From assembly GCA_012735245.1 (NCBI GenBank), contig JAAYHU010000029.1, positions 2,327 to 66,326 on the forward strand: a stretch of DNA of 64,000 nucleotides, given 5' to 3'. Below the pieces are notes generated by a model, which worked only from the letters and a program-made list of their open reading frames with translations, had not been told where the DNA came from and did not search any database. This document shows positions 29,800 to 39,118 of the stretch, piece after piece. Origin of the DNA: Tissierellia bacterium. Lineage in GTDB: Bacteria; Bacillota; Clostridia; Tissierellales; Tissierellaceae. Position 1 is the stretch's first letter; every line of letters starts with the position of its first letter. Made by a program: the position numbers and the translations under genes.

Positions 29800-29873
29800 C
29801 GGGATGTGGCGCAGCTTGGTAGCGCACAAGTCTGGGGGACTTGGGGTCGCAGGTTCAAATCCTGTCATCCCGA
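29800..29873 (+). tRNA. tRNA-Pro (anticodon GGG), CCA not encoded
   Basis: Cloverleaf folded by hand: acceptor CGGGATG/CATCCCG, D arm GCGC-AGCTTGGTA-GCGC, anticodon arm CAAGT-CTGGGGG-ACTTG (GGG at 29834-29836, G37), T arm GCAGG-TTCAAAT-CCTGT, discriminator A. Confidence 0.9.
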
Positions 29874-29884
29874 TTATTTTTATC

Positions 29885-29913
29885 GGCTGATATATTGAAA
29901 ATCAGCCTTTTTT
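29885..29913 (+). terminator. Intrinsic terminator after tRNA-Pro
   Basis: ggctgat / atcagcc stem followed by T6. Confidence 0.75.
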
Positions 29914-29940
29914 ATTTCATAAAAAATATATAAAAAAACC

Positions 29941-29971
29941 TTGACATTAACGTTACGTAAAGGTGTATCCT
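29941..29971 (+). promoter_or_regulatory. MerR-type promoter with a 19-bp spacer and an internal palindrome
   Basis: TTGACA at 29941-29946, 19-nt spacer containing TTACGTAA (29953-29960), TATCCT at 29966-29971. Confidence 0.6.
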
Positions 29972-29987
29972 AAACATAGGCGGTGTT

Positions 29988-30761
29988 ATGATGGAATATA
30001 CAGTGAAAGCCTTGGCTAAACTGGCTGGTGTGAGCCCTAGGACCCTTAGATACTATGATGAGATTTGGCTACTTAGGCCAGCACGAATCAATTCATCAGG
30101 ATATCGAATTTACAGTAGACAAGAAGTAGACCTATTACAGCAAATAATGTTTTATAGAGAACTGGGTTTTAGCCTTAATACAATTAAAGAAATAATAACA
30201 TCAGATGAATTCGATTTATTAGCTGCACTGAAGGAACATCGGGCAGCTCTCTTAGAGAAAAGAGCAAGACTTGATAAGCTGATAGCCAATGTAGAAAAAA
30301 CCATAATGGCAAAGGAAGGTGGAATGGAAATGTCAGATAAAGAAAAATTTGAAGGTTTTAAGGAAAGATTGATTAAGGAAAATAAAGAAAGATTTGGAGA
30401 TGAAGTAAGGGGTGAATATGGTGAAGAGGCCTTGGAAAGATCAAATAATATTTTTAGAAATATAAAAAAGGAAGAATATGACGAATTAACTAAATTAAGT
30501 GATGAAGTATTATCAACCTTGTATGAAGCAATGAAAACAGGTGATCCTTCAAGTCCATTGGCTCAAAAGGCAGCAGACTTGCATAAAAAATGGCTGACTT
30601 ACTGTTGGGGAACCTATGATAAAGAAGCCCATGCCAATCTAGCTCAAATGTATGTAGATGATATAAGGTTCACTGAATACTATGACAAAGGTAAACCGGG
30701 ACCAGCTAAGTTTTTAAGAGATGCAGTATGGATTTATACAGGCATAGATAAGCTAGTATAA
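29988..30761 (+). CDS. MerR-family transcriptional activator with a TipAS-type ligand-binding C-terminal domain (Mta/TipA-like)
   Basis: N-terminal HTH ..YTVKALAKLAGVSPRTLRYYDEIWLL.P.R..SGYR.Y. C-terminus ..HKKWLTYCWGTYDKEAHANLAQMYVDDIRFTEYYD... Confidence 0.85.
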   Translation: MMEYTVKALAKLAGVSPRTLRYYDEIWLLRPARINSSGYRIYSRQEVDLLQQIMFYRELGFSLNTIKEIITSDEFDLLAALKEHRAALLEKRARLDKLIANVEKTIMAKEGGMEMSDKEKFEGFKERLIKENKERFGDEVRGEYGEEALERSNNIFRNIKKEEYDELTKLSDEVLSTLYEAMKTGDPSSPLAQKAADLHKKWLTYCWGTYDKEAHANLAQMYVDDIRFTEYYDKGKPGPAKFLRDAVWIYTGIDKLV

Positions 30762-30822
30762 AATTAAAATAATGGATTTTTTTTATTAACATATATAATA
30801 TAATATGCATTTAAAATTGCTT

Positions 30823-30871
30823 GCTCTTTTTTAGGAAAACATAATATGCTTAACCTAGAAAAGAGCTTTTT
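30823..30871 (+). terminator. Hairpin terminator downstream of the MerR-family gene
   Basis: A 13-bp stem gctcttttttagg / cctagaaaagagc (one mismatch), 18-nt loop, TTTTT tail. Confidence 0.55.
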
Positions 30872-31028
30872 CTTTAATGAAAGATTAATAGGGTAACAAT
30901 ATTTTTAATACTTTTTTTGCCCTACAATCAATATATAAAGGACCAGTCAAGTTTAGTGACTTGATATAGAATTCGTCAAAATAAACAAAAAAGGTACTAA
31001 ATCACTATAATTTAGTTGGTTAAAGTTA

Positions 31029-31057
31029 TACAAAAGCCAATAAAATTATGTTATACT
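31029..31057 (+). promoter_or_regulatory. Candidate extended -10 promoter (TGtTATACT) for the small membrane protein / HlyD-like operon
   Basis: TG at 31049-31050 and TATACT at 31052-31057. Weak -35 (TACAAA). Confidence 0.35.
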
Positions 31058-31086
31058 ATGACTATAGAACTCTTGGAGGTGTAGAC

Positions 31087-31458
31087 TTGCTAGATTTTAT
31101 AATTACTATTTTAATATTATTGCTCATTGCTAGCATATTTGGATATATATTTGCAGTTTTAAAAGAAAAACTATATTTAAAAAATAATATTATCTTCATA
31201 GACAAAAAAGTAGTTACAGAGGAGCATTTGAATGAAACAGACCTAAAAGAATTTTTATTAGATGGGCTAGAGCTTAAGGCAGGAGATGAAATAAAAGTTA
31301 TAACAAAGGAAAGAAAAAAATATAACGGTATATTGCTGGGAGCAAAGCTAAAGGAAAAGGCAATTTTAATGGTTACTTATAAAGATGAGATAAAGCTTTT
31401 TAAAATAGACAATATATTAAAATTTAAGCTGATTCGAAAATATGGTAATTTCTTCTAA
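31087..31458 (+). CDS. Small N-terminally anchored membrane protein, function unknown
   Basis: TTG at 31087 lies 5 nt after GGAGGTG. One TM (FIITILILLLIASIFGYIFAV), then a Lys-rich soluble domain. The ATG at 31048 overlaps the putative -10. Confidence 0.55.
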   Translation: MLDFIITILILLLIASIFGYIFAVLKEKLYLKNNIIFIDKKVVTEEHLNETDLKEFLLDGLELKAGDEIKVITKERKKYNGILLGAKLKEKAILMVTYKDEIKLFKIDNILKFKLIRKYGNFF

Positions 31459-31482
31459 CAAAGCCTTAAAAGGGTGAACTAA

Positions 31483-32760
31483 ATGGCTTACGAAAAAAAG
31501 CAAAAAGGGAAAAAAGGAAGAAGACTTTTTAGAGGAATAATAATATTTTTAATATGTATACTTTCAATATTTAGATCTGTACCTTCCATACTTGCCAATA
31601 ATGCAAAAACCATATTGCCAGAAAAAGGAACGTTAATTGATACTATTTCAAGCCAAGGTTATTTCATAAAAAAGGAAACAGTTATTAAATCAAAAAATGC
31701 AGGCCAACTGGAAAAGCTTTCTATAGAAGGAGAAAGATTAGCTGCAGGGAAGGAAATAGCCATAATAAAGTCTAGTAATGACAATTCCCATCTAATCCAG
31801 GAGTTGGAACTAGTAGAAAACTATATTGAAGCTTTAAAGAAAACTCAAAATGAAACAAAATTTATCTTAGAAGAAAAGACTAAAATTGAAGACCTGAAAA
31901 TAGATTTAATTAGTGAAATACAAAGTAGTGTAAGCCAAGAAAATTTCCAAGAAATTTATCTATTAAAGGAACAATTGGCTTTATATCAAGAAAAAACAGA
32001 GGATATGGCCTTTTCTAATACCTTAGCTGGCCAAAGCTTAGAAAAATTAGAAAATAAAAGGGATGAAATAATTTCAATTTTAGAAAATAATAATATAAAA
32101 TACTATTCTCCCCATGGAGGTATTGTCTCTTATAATATTGATGGATATGAGGAAATCTTTTTACCAAAGGATTTCGAGAATTATACCTATGATAATTTAG
32201 CTTTAAAGAAAGCTAGTCAAAAACAAGAAAAAACAAAGGTCCTTTTAGATACACCTATTTGCAAGGTTATAGATAATTTTGAATGGTATTTGGCAATGAA
32301 AATTGAGGATATTAATGAGATTGAAGGCTTTGAAATAGGTAGTACAATTAACGTTATCCTAGGGAAAGACAAGCATGAAATAAAGGGACGAATCACTGCA
32401 ATTAATGAAACTAAGGATAAGGCAGTAATTGTTGCAAGATTCAATACCATGTTGCATGAATTTTACGATTTAAGAATTTCAGATGTAAAGATTATAAAAA
32501 GCAAAAAAGAAGGGTATAAAATTCCTACTAAGGCAATTGTGGAAAAAGATACTGTAAAAGGAGTCTACATAAAAGATAAAAGCGGAATTGTAAAATTTAG
32601 ACCTGTCAATATAATAGGAGAAGATAGCAATTATACCTATGTAGATATAGGTGACAATGGCTATATTAAAATCCAAGATGATCCAGTAAGAACTATAACA
32701 TTATTTGATGAAGTTTTTGTAAATACAAAAAATATTAAAGAAGGACAAATATTGAATTAA
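31483..32760 (+). CDS. HlyD/membrane-fusion-protein-like protein (N-terminal anchor, lipoyl-like halves, coiled-coil hairpin, beta-barrel)
   Basis: TM (GIIIFLICILSIF), ..GQLEKLSIEGERLAAGKEIAII.., long heptad-like region, ..YYSPHGGIVSY.., C-terminal beta-rich region. Confidence 0.65.
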   Translation: MAYEKKQKGKKGRRLFRGIIIFLICILSIFRSVPSILANNAKTILPEKGTLIDTISSQGYFIKKETVIKSKNAGQLEKLSIEGERLAAGKEIAIIKSSNDNSHLIQELELVENYIEALKKTQNETKFILEEKTKIEDLKIDLISEIQSSVSQENFQEIYLLKEQLALYQEKTEDMAFSNTLAGQSLEKLENKRDEIISILENNNIKYYSPHGGIVSYNIDGYEEIFLPKDFENYTYDNLALKKASQKQEKTKVLLDTPICKVIDNFEWYLAMKIEDINEIEGFEIGSTINVILGKDKHEIKGRITAINETKDKAVIVARFNTMLHEFYDLRISDVKIIKSKKEGYKIPTKAIVEKDTVKGVYIKDKSGIVKFRPVNIIGEDSNYTYVDIGDNGYIKIQDDPVRTITLFDEVFVNTKNIKEGQILN

Positions 32761-32777
32761 CAACGGAGGGGATAAAA

Positions 32778-33467
32778 ATCAGTATTGAAAAAAATATCAT
32801 AGAAGTAAAAGAAAAAATAGACAAGGCATTGATAAAATCGGGTAGGGCAGGTGATGAAGTTCAGCTTATAGCAGTTACTAAAACTGTGGACATTCATAGG
32901 ATCAATGAAGCTATTGCAGCAGGAATAACAAGTATTGGAGAAAATAGGACTAATGAGCTTGAAGAAAAATATAATGTTCTTGGAAATAAAGTAGATTTCC
33001 ATATGATAGGTCATTTACAAACTAATAAAGTAAAAAATATTATTGGAAAAGCAAAATTAATTCATTCCCTTGATAGGATATCCTTGGCTAAGGAATTAGA
33101 TAAGAGGTCTAAAAGAAATAATATAATTACAGATGTCTTAATACAAGTAAATGTAGCAGAAGAAGAAAGCAAATTTGGCCTAAGGGTAAATGATGTCTTA
33201 TATTTCATAGAAGACATACTAGAATTCACTAATATTAGGATAAGGGGTTTAATGACTATAGCTCCTTATACAGATGATAAAGCCTTATTAAGGAATGTTT
33301 TTAGAAGCCTATATAAATTAAGGGAAGATATTAAGGGTAGAAAATATGAAGGTGTATCCATGGATTATTTGTCTATGGGAATGTCTAATGACTTTGAATT
33401 AGCAATTGAAGAAGGTTCCAATATGGTAAGGATTGGGTCTTCTATCTTTGGTAAAAGAAATTACTAG
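32778..33467 (+). CDS. yggS: YggS/YlmE-family pyridoxal-phosphate homeostasis protein (start codon uncertain)
   Basis: ..VQLIAVTKT (PLP Lys)..HMIGHLQTNKV..MGMSNDFE.AIEEGS..VRIGS.IFG. The conserved N-terminal helix lies upstream of the first canonical start (TTG at 32829). Confidence 0.8.
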   Translation: MSIEKNIIEVKEKIDKALIKSGRAGDEVQLIAVTKTVDIHRINEAIAAGITSIGENRTNELEEKYNVLGNKVDFHMIGHLQTNKVKNIIGKAKLIHSLDRISLAKELDKRSKRNNIITDVLIQVNVAEEESKFGLRVNDVLYFIEDILEFTNIRIRGLMTIAPYTDDKALLRNVFRSLYKLREDIKGRKYEGVSMDYLSMGMSNDFELAIEEGSNMVRIGSSIFGKRNY

Positions 33468-33477
33468 GAGGGATAAT

Positions 33478-33915
33478 ATGAGTAGCTTTATGGACAAGGT
33501 TAAATATTTTATTGGCATTCAAGATTTAGAGGATGGGGAAAGATATGATGAATATGTAGAGTATGAAGATGACTATGATGCTCAAGTACCAACAGTGAAA
33601 AAATTTAATAATAAAGTCGTAAATATCCATACTAATAGTAATATGAAAATTGTAGTCCACGAACCCCTTACTTATGAAGATGCTCCTAAGATAATCGATG
33701 ATTTAAAGGCAAGGAAAACTGTAATCGTAAACCTTGAAGAAACTGATATCACCTTAAAGAAACAGATTTTCGATTTTATTAGCGGTGGCCTCTATGCCAT
33801 GGAAGGTAATATTCAAAAGGTTACCAAGGATATTTTCATATTTGCCCCAAAAAACGTTGAAATCGATAGTTTAAAAGACGATTTAACAATCAAAGGAATG
33901 TTTACTTGGGAATAA
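33478..33915 (+). CDS. sepF: Cell division protein SepF
   Basis: ..IVVHEPLTYEDAPKIIDDLKARKTVIVNLE..DFISGGLYAMEGNIQKV... ATG after AGGAGGG. Confidence 0.9.
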   Translation: MSSFMDKVKYFIGIQDLEDGERYDEYVEYEDDYDAQVPTVKKFNNKVVNIHTNSNMKIVVHEPLTYEDAPKIIDDLKARKTVIVNLEETDITLKKQIFDFISGGLYAMEGNIQKVTKDIFIFAPKNVEIDSLKDDLTIKGMFTWE

Positions 33916-33927
33916 TTAAGGTAGGTT

Positions 33928-34200
33928 ATGCTAATGGCACTCTTATATAGGTCTATCAGCATTTTGATTTACTTAATTGAAATACTAATTCTAGTAAGAA
34001 TAATAATTTCATTTTTTAACATGGGGAATCGGTCTCCTCTTTTTACTATCGTATATGAATTAACAGAGCCAGTTTTAGGACCTTCCAGGGAATTAATACA
34101 CAAACTGGGGATAAATACTGGTATGTTTGACTTTTCTCCACTAGTTGCTATTTTTCTTCTTAGAATAATCGATATTATAGCTAAGGCACTGTTATTATAG
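33928..34200 (+). CDS. yggT: YggT/YlmG-family membrane protein
   Basis: About 90 aa with two TM helices, ..LILVRIIISFF..DFSPLVAIFLL... Confidence 0.8.
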   Translation: MLMALLYRSISILIYLIEILILVRIIISFFNMGNRSPLFTIVYELTEPVLGPSRELIHKLGINTGMFDFSPLVAIFLLRIIDIIAKALLL

Positions 34201-34208
34201 GAGAAAGT

Positions 34209-34994
34209 ATGAAGATTAATAGGGAAGCTTATATTGCTCATATAAAGGATAAAGATAAAATATTAGATATGAGAAAAGTCATAGATAAAATAGAAATAGT
34301 AATAAATAGCCATGTAACTGAATCAACAGACTTTTTAGACCCTTACGAAAGGTTGTTAGCAAAATCCATATTAAATAGATTCATGGATATAAACTATATT
34401 GAAGCAGGAGGCTTTTCTACTGCTGAAAGAAAAATCATAGTTGTTTTTCCTCATTATTTTGATACCAGTATTGTTCCAGAGTATTTGTCATATTTAAGAA
34501 TAAGTGGCCCTTTAGAAGGTCTGACCCATAAGGATTACCTAGGAGCGATTTTAGGCTTAGGAATAAAAAGGCCTAAGGTAGGAGATATTTTAATTCATGA
34601 ATCCCATACTGATATTATAATAAAAGAAGAAATTAGCGATTTTGTATTACTTAACTTAGAAAAAATTGGCAATAGAAAGATTTTCATAGAGGAGATTTCT
34701 AAAGAATTAATTGAGGAGCCAATAATTTCCTATAAGGAAATAAGGAAAACCCTATCTTCATACAGGCTTGATGTATATATTAGTGCTGCTTATAATTTGC
34801 CTCGGCAGGAAAGTTTAAAATTAATCAAATCTGGGTATGTGAAGGTAAACTGGGAACCTATAACGAAAGGTTCTAAAGAATTAAATGTAGGAGATATGGT
34901 TTCAGTTAGGGGTTTTGGACGATCAATTCTTCACTCTGTTGAAGGGGTAAGTAAAAAAGGTAGGATTATAGCTAATATTAATTTAATATTATAA
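34209..34994 (+). CDS. ylmH: YlmH-family RNA-binding protein (S4 domain)
   Basis: Sits between yggT and divIVA. C-terminal S4-like ..RLDVYISAAYNLPRQESLKLIKSGYVKVNW... Confidence 0.8.
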   Translation: MKINREAYIAHIKDKDKILDMRKVIDKIEIVINSHVTESTDFLDPYERLLAKSILNRFMDINYIEAGGFSTAERKIIVVFPHYFDTSIVPEYLSYLRISGPLEGLTHKDYLGAILGLGIKRPKVGDILIHESHTDIIIKEEISDFVLLNLEKIGNRKIFIEEISKELIEEPIISYKEIRKTLSSYRLDVYISAAYNLPRQESLKLIKSGYVKVNWEPITKGSKELNVGDMVSVRGFGRSILHSVEGVSKKGRIIANINLIL

Positions 34995-35008
34995 ATGGAG
35001 TGAGACAG

Positions 35009-35536
35009 ATGATAACGCCATTGGATATTCAAAACAAGGAATTTAAGAAATCATTGTTTGGATACAAAACTCAGGAAGTAGATGCCTATTTAGATTCTAT
35101 TAATGAAGACTATGAAAAATTATATAAGGAAAACATTGAATTAAAGGATAAAATAAGCATTTTAACTGAACAGATAAGGCAGTATAATAACCTAGAAGAA
35201 ACCCTTAAAAGCACCTTAGTTATAGCCCAAAGTACAGCAGATGAGGTAACCACTTCTGCAAGGAAAAAGGCAGAGTTAATCATAGAGGATGCAGAAATTA
35301 CTGCAAAAAATAAGATTAATGAAGCCCTTGAGGAGGTAAATAATATAAAGAGGGAATATGAGAATTTGAAGAAAGAAATATATATTTTTAAGACTAGGTA
35401 TGAGTCTTTTATTAAGGCACAGTTAATGTCCATTGAAGAATTTTTTAACAATTTTGAAGAAAAGATTGATGAGAGGGACGATAAGGGAATAATAATCAAT
35501 GATGATCTAAAAGAAGTAGATAATTTAGGGGCATAA
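35009..35536 (+). CDS. divIVA: DivIVA-domain cell division/polarity protein
   Basis: MITPLDIQNKEFKKSLFGYKTQEVDAYLD signature followed by a coiled coil. Confidence 0.9.
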   Translation: MITPLDIQNKEFKKSLFGYKTQEVDAYLDSINEDYEKLYKENIELKDKISILTEQIRQYNNLEETLKSTLVIAQSTADEVTTSARKKAELIIEDAEITAKNKINEALEEVNNIKREYENLKKEIYIFKTRYESFIKAQLMSIEEFFNNFEEKIDERDDKGIIINDDLKEVDNLGA

Positions 35537-35575
35537 TAGCCTCTTTTTCATTACAGTCAAAATGGAGGTAGATAG

Positions 35576-36328
35576 ATGACAAAGAACATTAAAATAGATG
35601 AAGGAATAAACATAGGAGATGGAAGTTTTACTATTATTGCAGGACCCTGTGCCATCGAAAGTAGAGAACAGATGGAAAAAACAGGGGCTTTTCTTGCAAA
35701 ACTTGGTATTAAAATAATCAGAGGTGGTGCATTCAAACCAAGAACCAGTCCTAAGTCTTTCCAAGGCTTGGGCTTAGAGGGGCTAAAGATTATGGCTGAG
35801 ATAAAAGCAAAATATAATCTCAAATTTATTTCTGAGGTAATGGATCCACGGGATTTAGAAATGGCCTATGATTATATAGATATTTTTCAAATTGGTTCTA
35901 GAAATATGCAGAATTTCTCTTTATTAAAGGAAGTAGGAAAAACAGATAAACCTGTAATGCTTAAAAGAGGAATGAGTGCCACAATTAAGGAATGGATTAT
36001 GGCTGCTGAATACATTAGCTTAGAAGGCAATGAAAAGATAATCCTATGTGAAAGGGGAATTAGGACCTTTGAAGATTATACTAGGAATACCTTAGATTTT
36101 ATGAGTATTCCCATTTTAAAGGAAAAAACAGACTATCCGGTATTTGTAGACCCTTCCCATGGAACTGGCAGAAGGGACTTAGTACTTCCTGCTTCTAAGG
36201 CGTCAAAGGCTTTAAATGCTGATGGAATTATTGTAGAGATTCATCCCAATCCAGAAAAAGCCTTATCCGATGGCAGTCAATCTTTAAGTTTTGAGGAATT
36301 TGAAAATTTATTAAATCAATTAATGTAA
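35576..36328 (+). CDS. aroF: 3-deoxy-7-phosphoheptulonate (DAHP) synthase, type I-beta, catalytic barrel only
   Basis: ..IIAGPCAIES..RGGAFKPRTSP..FQG..VDPSH... 250 aa with no regulatory extension. Confidence 0.8.
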   Translation: MTKNIKIDEGINIGDGSFTIIAGPCAIESREQMEKTGAFLAKLGIKIIRGGAFKPRTSPKSFQGLGLEGLKIMAEIKAKYNLKFISEVMDPRDLEMAYDYIDIFQIGSRNMQNFSLLKEVGKTDKPVMLKRGMSATIKEWIMAAEYISLEGNEKIILCERGIRTFEDYTRNTLDFMSIPILKEKTDYPVFVDPSHGTGRRDLVLPASKASKALNADGIIVEIHPNPEKALSDGSQSLSFEEFENLLNQLM

Positions 36329-36420
36329 ATTTATGTTATTAACATTAAAGAATGTTTGCCTCTGTACTGGTTATATTATTAATCAAGAAGCAATTAAACT
36401 TAACCATATGGAGGTAAAGA

Positions 36421-37056
36421 ATGGATAAGGAAAAATTAAAATATTTTAGAAATAGATTATTAGAGGAAAAAAAGAAGCTATTTGAAACATTGAACAAAAT
36501 GAACAATATGGAAGAATATGGGTCAATGGACGTATATCATACTGAACTATCTAATTACGATAATCATCCTGCAGATACAGGAACAGAGCTTTTTATGATG
36601 GAGCAAGATAATGGTTTCAAAAACAGAATGAAAGCTACTATATTAGAAATCGATAGTTCAATAGATGATATATCCAATGGTAGGTACGGGATATGTAAGG
36701 AATGTGGGAAAAAAATCAATGAAGAAAGATTAGAAATCATTCCCTATGCAAAGAATTGTAAAGAGTGTTCTGATAGTATTTCAGTACTGACCAATAATGA
36801 AATGAATAGAAGAAGTTTTGTTCCCATTGATGAAGAAAAGGGAACATCATTTAGTGATACGACAGAAGACATGGTGCTCTTTGATAGGGAAGATGCCTAT
36901 CAAGGAGTCCATCAATATAACTATGTTAAAGATGATCCTTCCTTTCATACTGGTGACAATATAGGTGTTGATGATGAAGGAGACCATGATGGTGGCGACG
37001 GTGTAGAAGAAGTAGAGAATATATCCCAAGAATATTATGATGAAACAATAAAATAA
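36421..37056 (+). CDS. TraR/DksA-family C4 zinc-finger protein (YteA/YlyA-like)
   Basis: ..NYDNHPADTGTE.., CKECGKKI..NCKECS zinc finger. Lies upstream of lspA as ylyA does in Bacillus. Confidence 0.8.
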   Translation: MDKEKLKYFRNRLLEEKKKLFETLNKMNNMEEYGSMDVYHTELSNYDNHPADTGTELFMMEQDNGFKNRMKATILEIDSSIDDISNGRYGICKECGKKINEERLEIIPYAKNCKECSDSISVLTNNEMNRRSFVPIDEEKGTSFSDTTEDMVLFDREDAYQGVHQYNYVKDDPSFHTGDNIGVDDEGDHDGGDGVEEVENISQEYYDETIK

Positions 37057-37057
37057 G

Positions 37058-37084
37058 CCTTCTGGCTGTTTCCAGAAGGTTTTT
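37058..37084 (+). terminator. Intrinsic terminator
   Basis: ccttctgg / ccagaagg stem followed by TTTTT. Confidence 0.75.
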
Positions 37085-37155
37085 ATGTGTTTACAACTAT
37101 TGATAATAATTTTGTAATAATATAAAATAATAAATATATTCTAGGACTAGGAGGA

Positions 37156-37617
37156 ATGGATTTGGTATTTATTTTATCTGCAGCTATAGTTATATTAGAT
37201 CAGATTACAAAGATTTGGGCAATAAACAACTTAAAGAATGCTGGAACCATTACTATTATTCCTAATTTCTTTAGGCTAGTTTATGTAGAAAATTTTGGTG
37301 CAGCCTTTGGTATTTTACAAAACAAGAGATGGATATTTATAGTAATTTCAGTAACAGTTATTATAGGAATTGTATTTTTTTTATTAAGACATTACAATAA
37401 ACTCAATATATTTGTTAAAATTGCATTGGCCATGTTATTGGGTGGAGCCATAGGAAATTTTATTGACAGGATAAGACTAGGATATGTAATAGATTTTTTG
37501 AGTTTTAGACTGTTTAATGCCTATGAATTCCCTGTATTCAATGTGGCAGATATTTTCATAGTTATAAGTACTTTTGCTATATTGATCTTGGTCATGTTAA
37601 ATAAGCATGAATTTTAG
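37156..37617 (+). CDS. lspA: Lipoprotein signal peptidase II
   Basis: ..NFGAAFG..GGAIGNFIDR..FPVFNVADI... Confidence 0.9.
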   Translation: MDLVFILSAAIVILDQITKIWAINNLKNAGTITIIPNFFRLVYVENFGAAFGILQNKRWIFIVISVTVIIGIVFFLLRHYNKLNIFVKIALAMLLGGAIGNFIDRIRLGYVIDFLSFRLFNAYEFPVFNVADIFIVISTFAILILVMLNKHEF

Positions 37618-37626
37618 GAGGCTTTA

Positions 37627-39094
<1,468 letters not shown>

Positions 39095-39118
<24 letters not shown>

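Noticed and set aside
29874-31086. Possible integrated element downstream of tRNA-Pro (island at a tRNA 3' end).
   Set aside because: No integrase or recombinase, no repeat of the tRNA 3' end that I could find, and only one gene (the MerR regulator) before core division genes resume. It is mentioned only as a weak hotspot idea.
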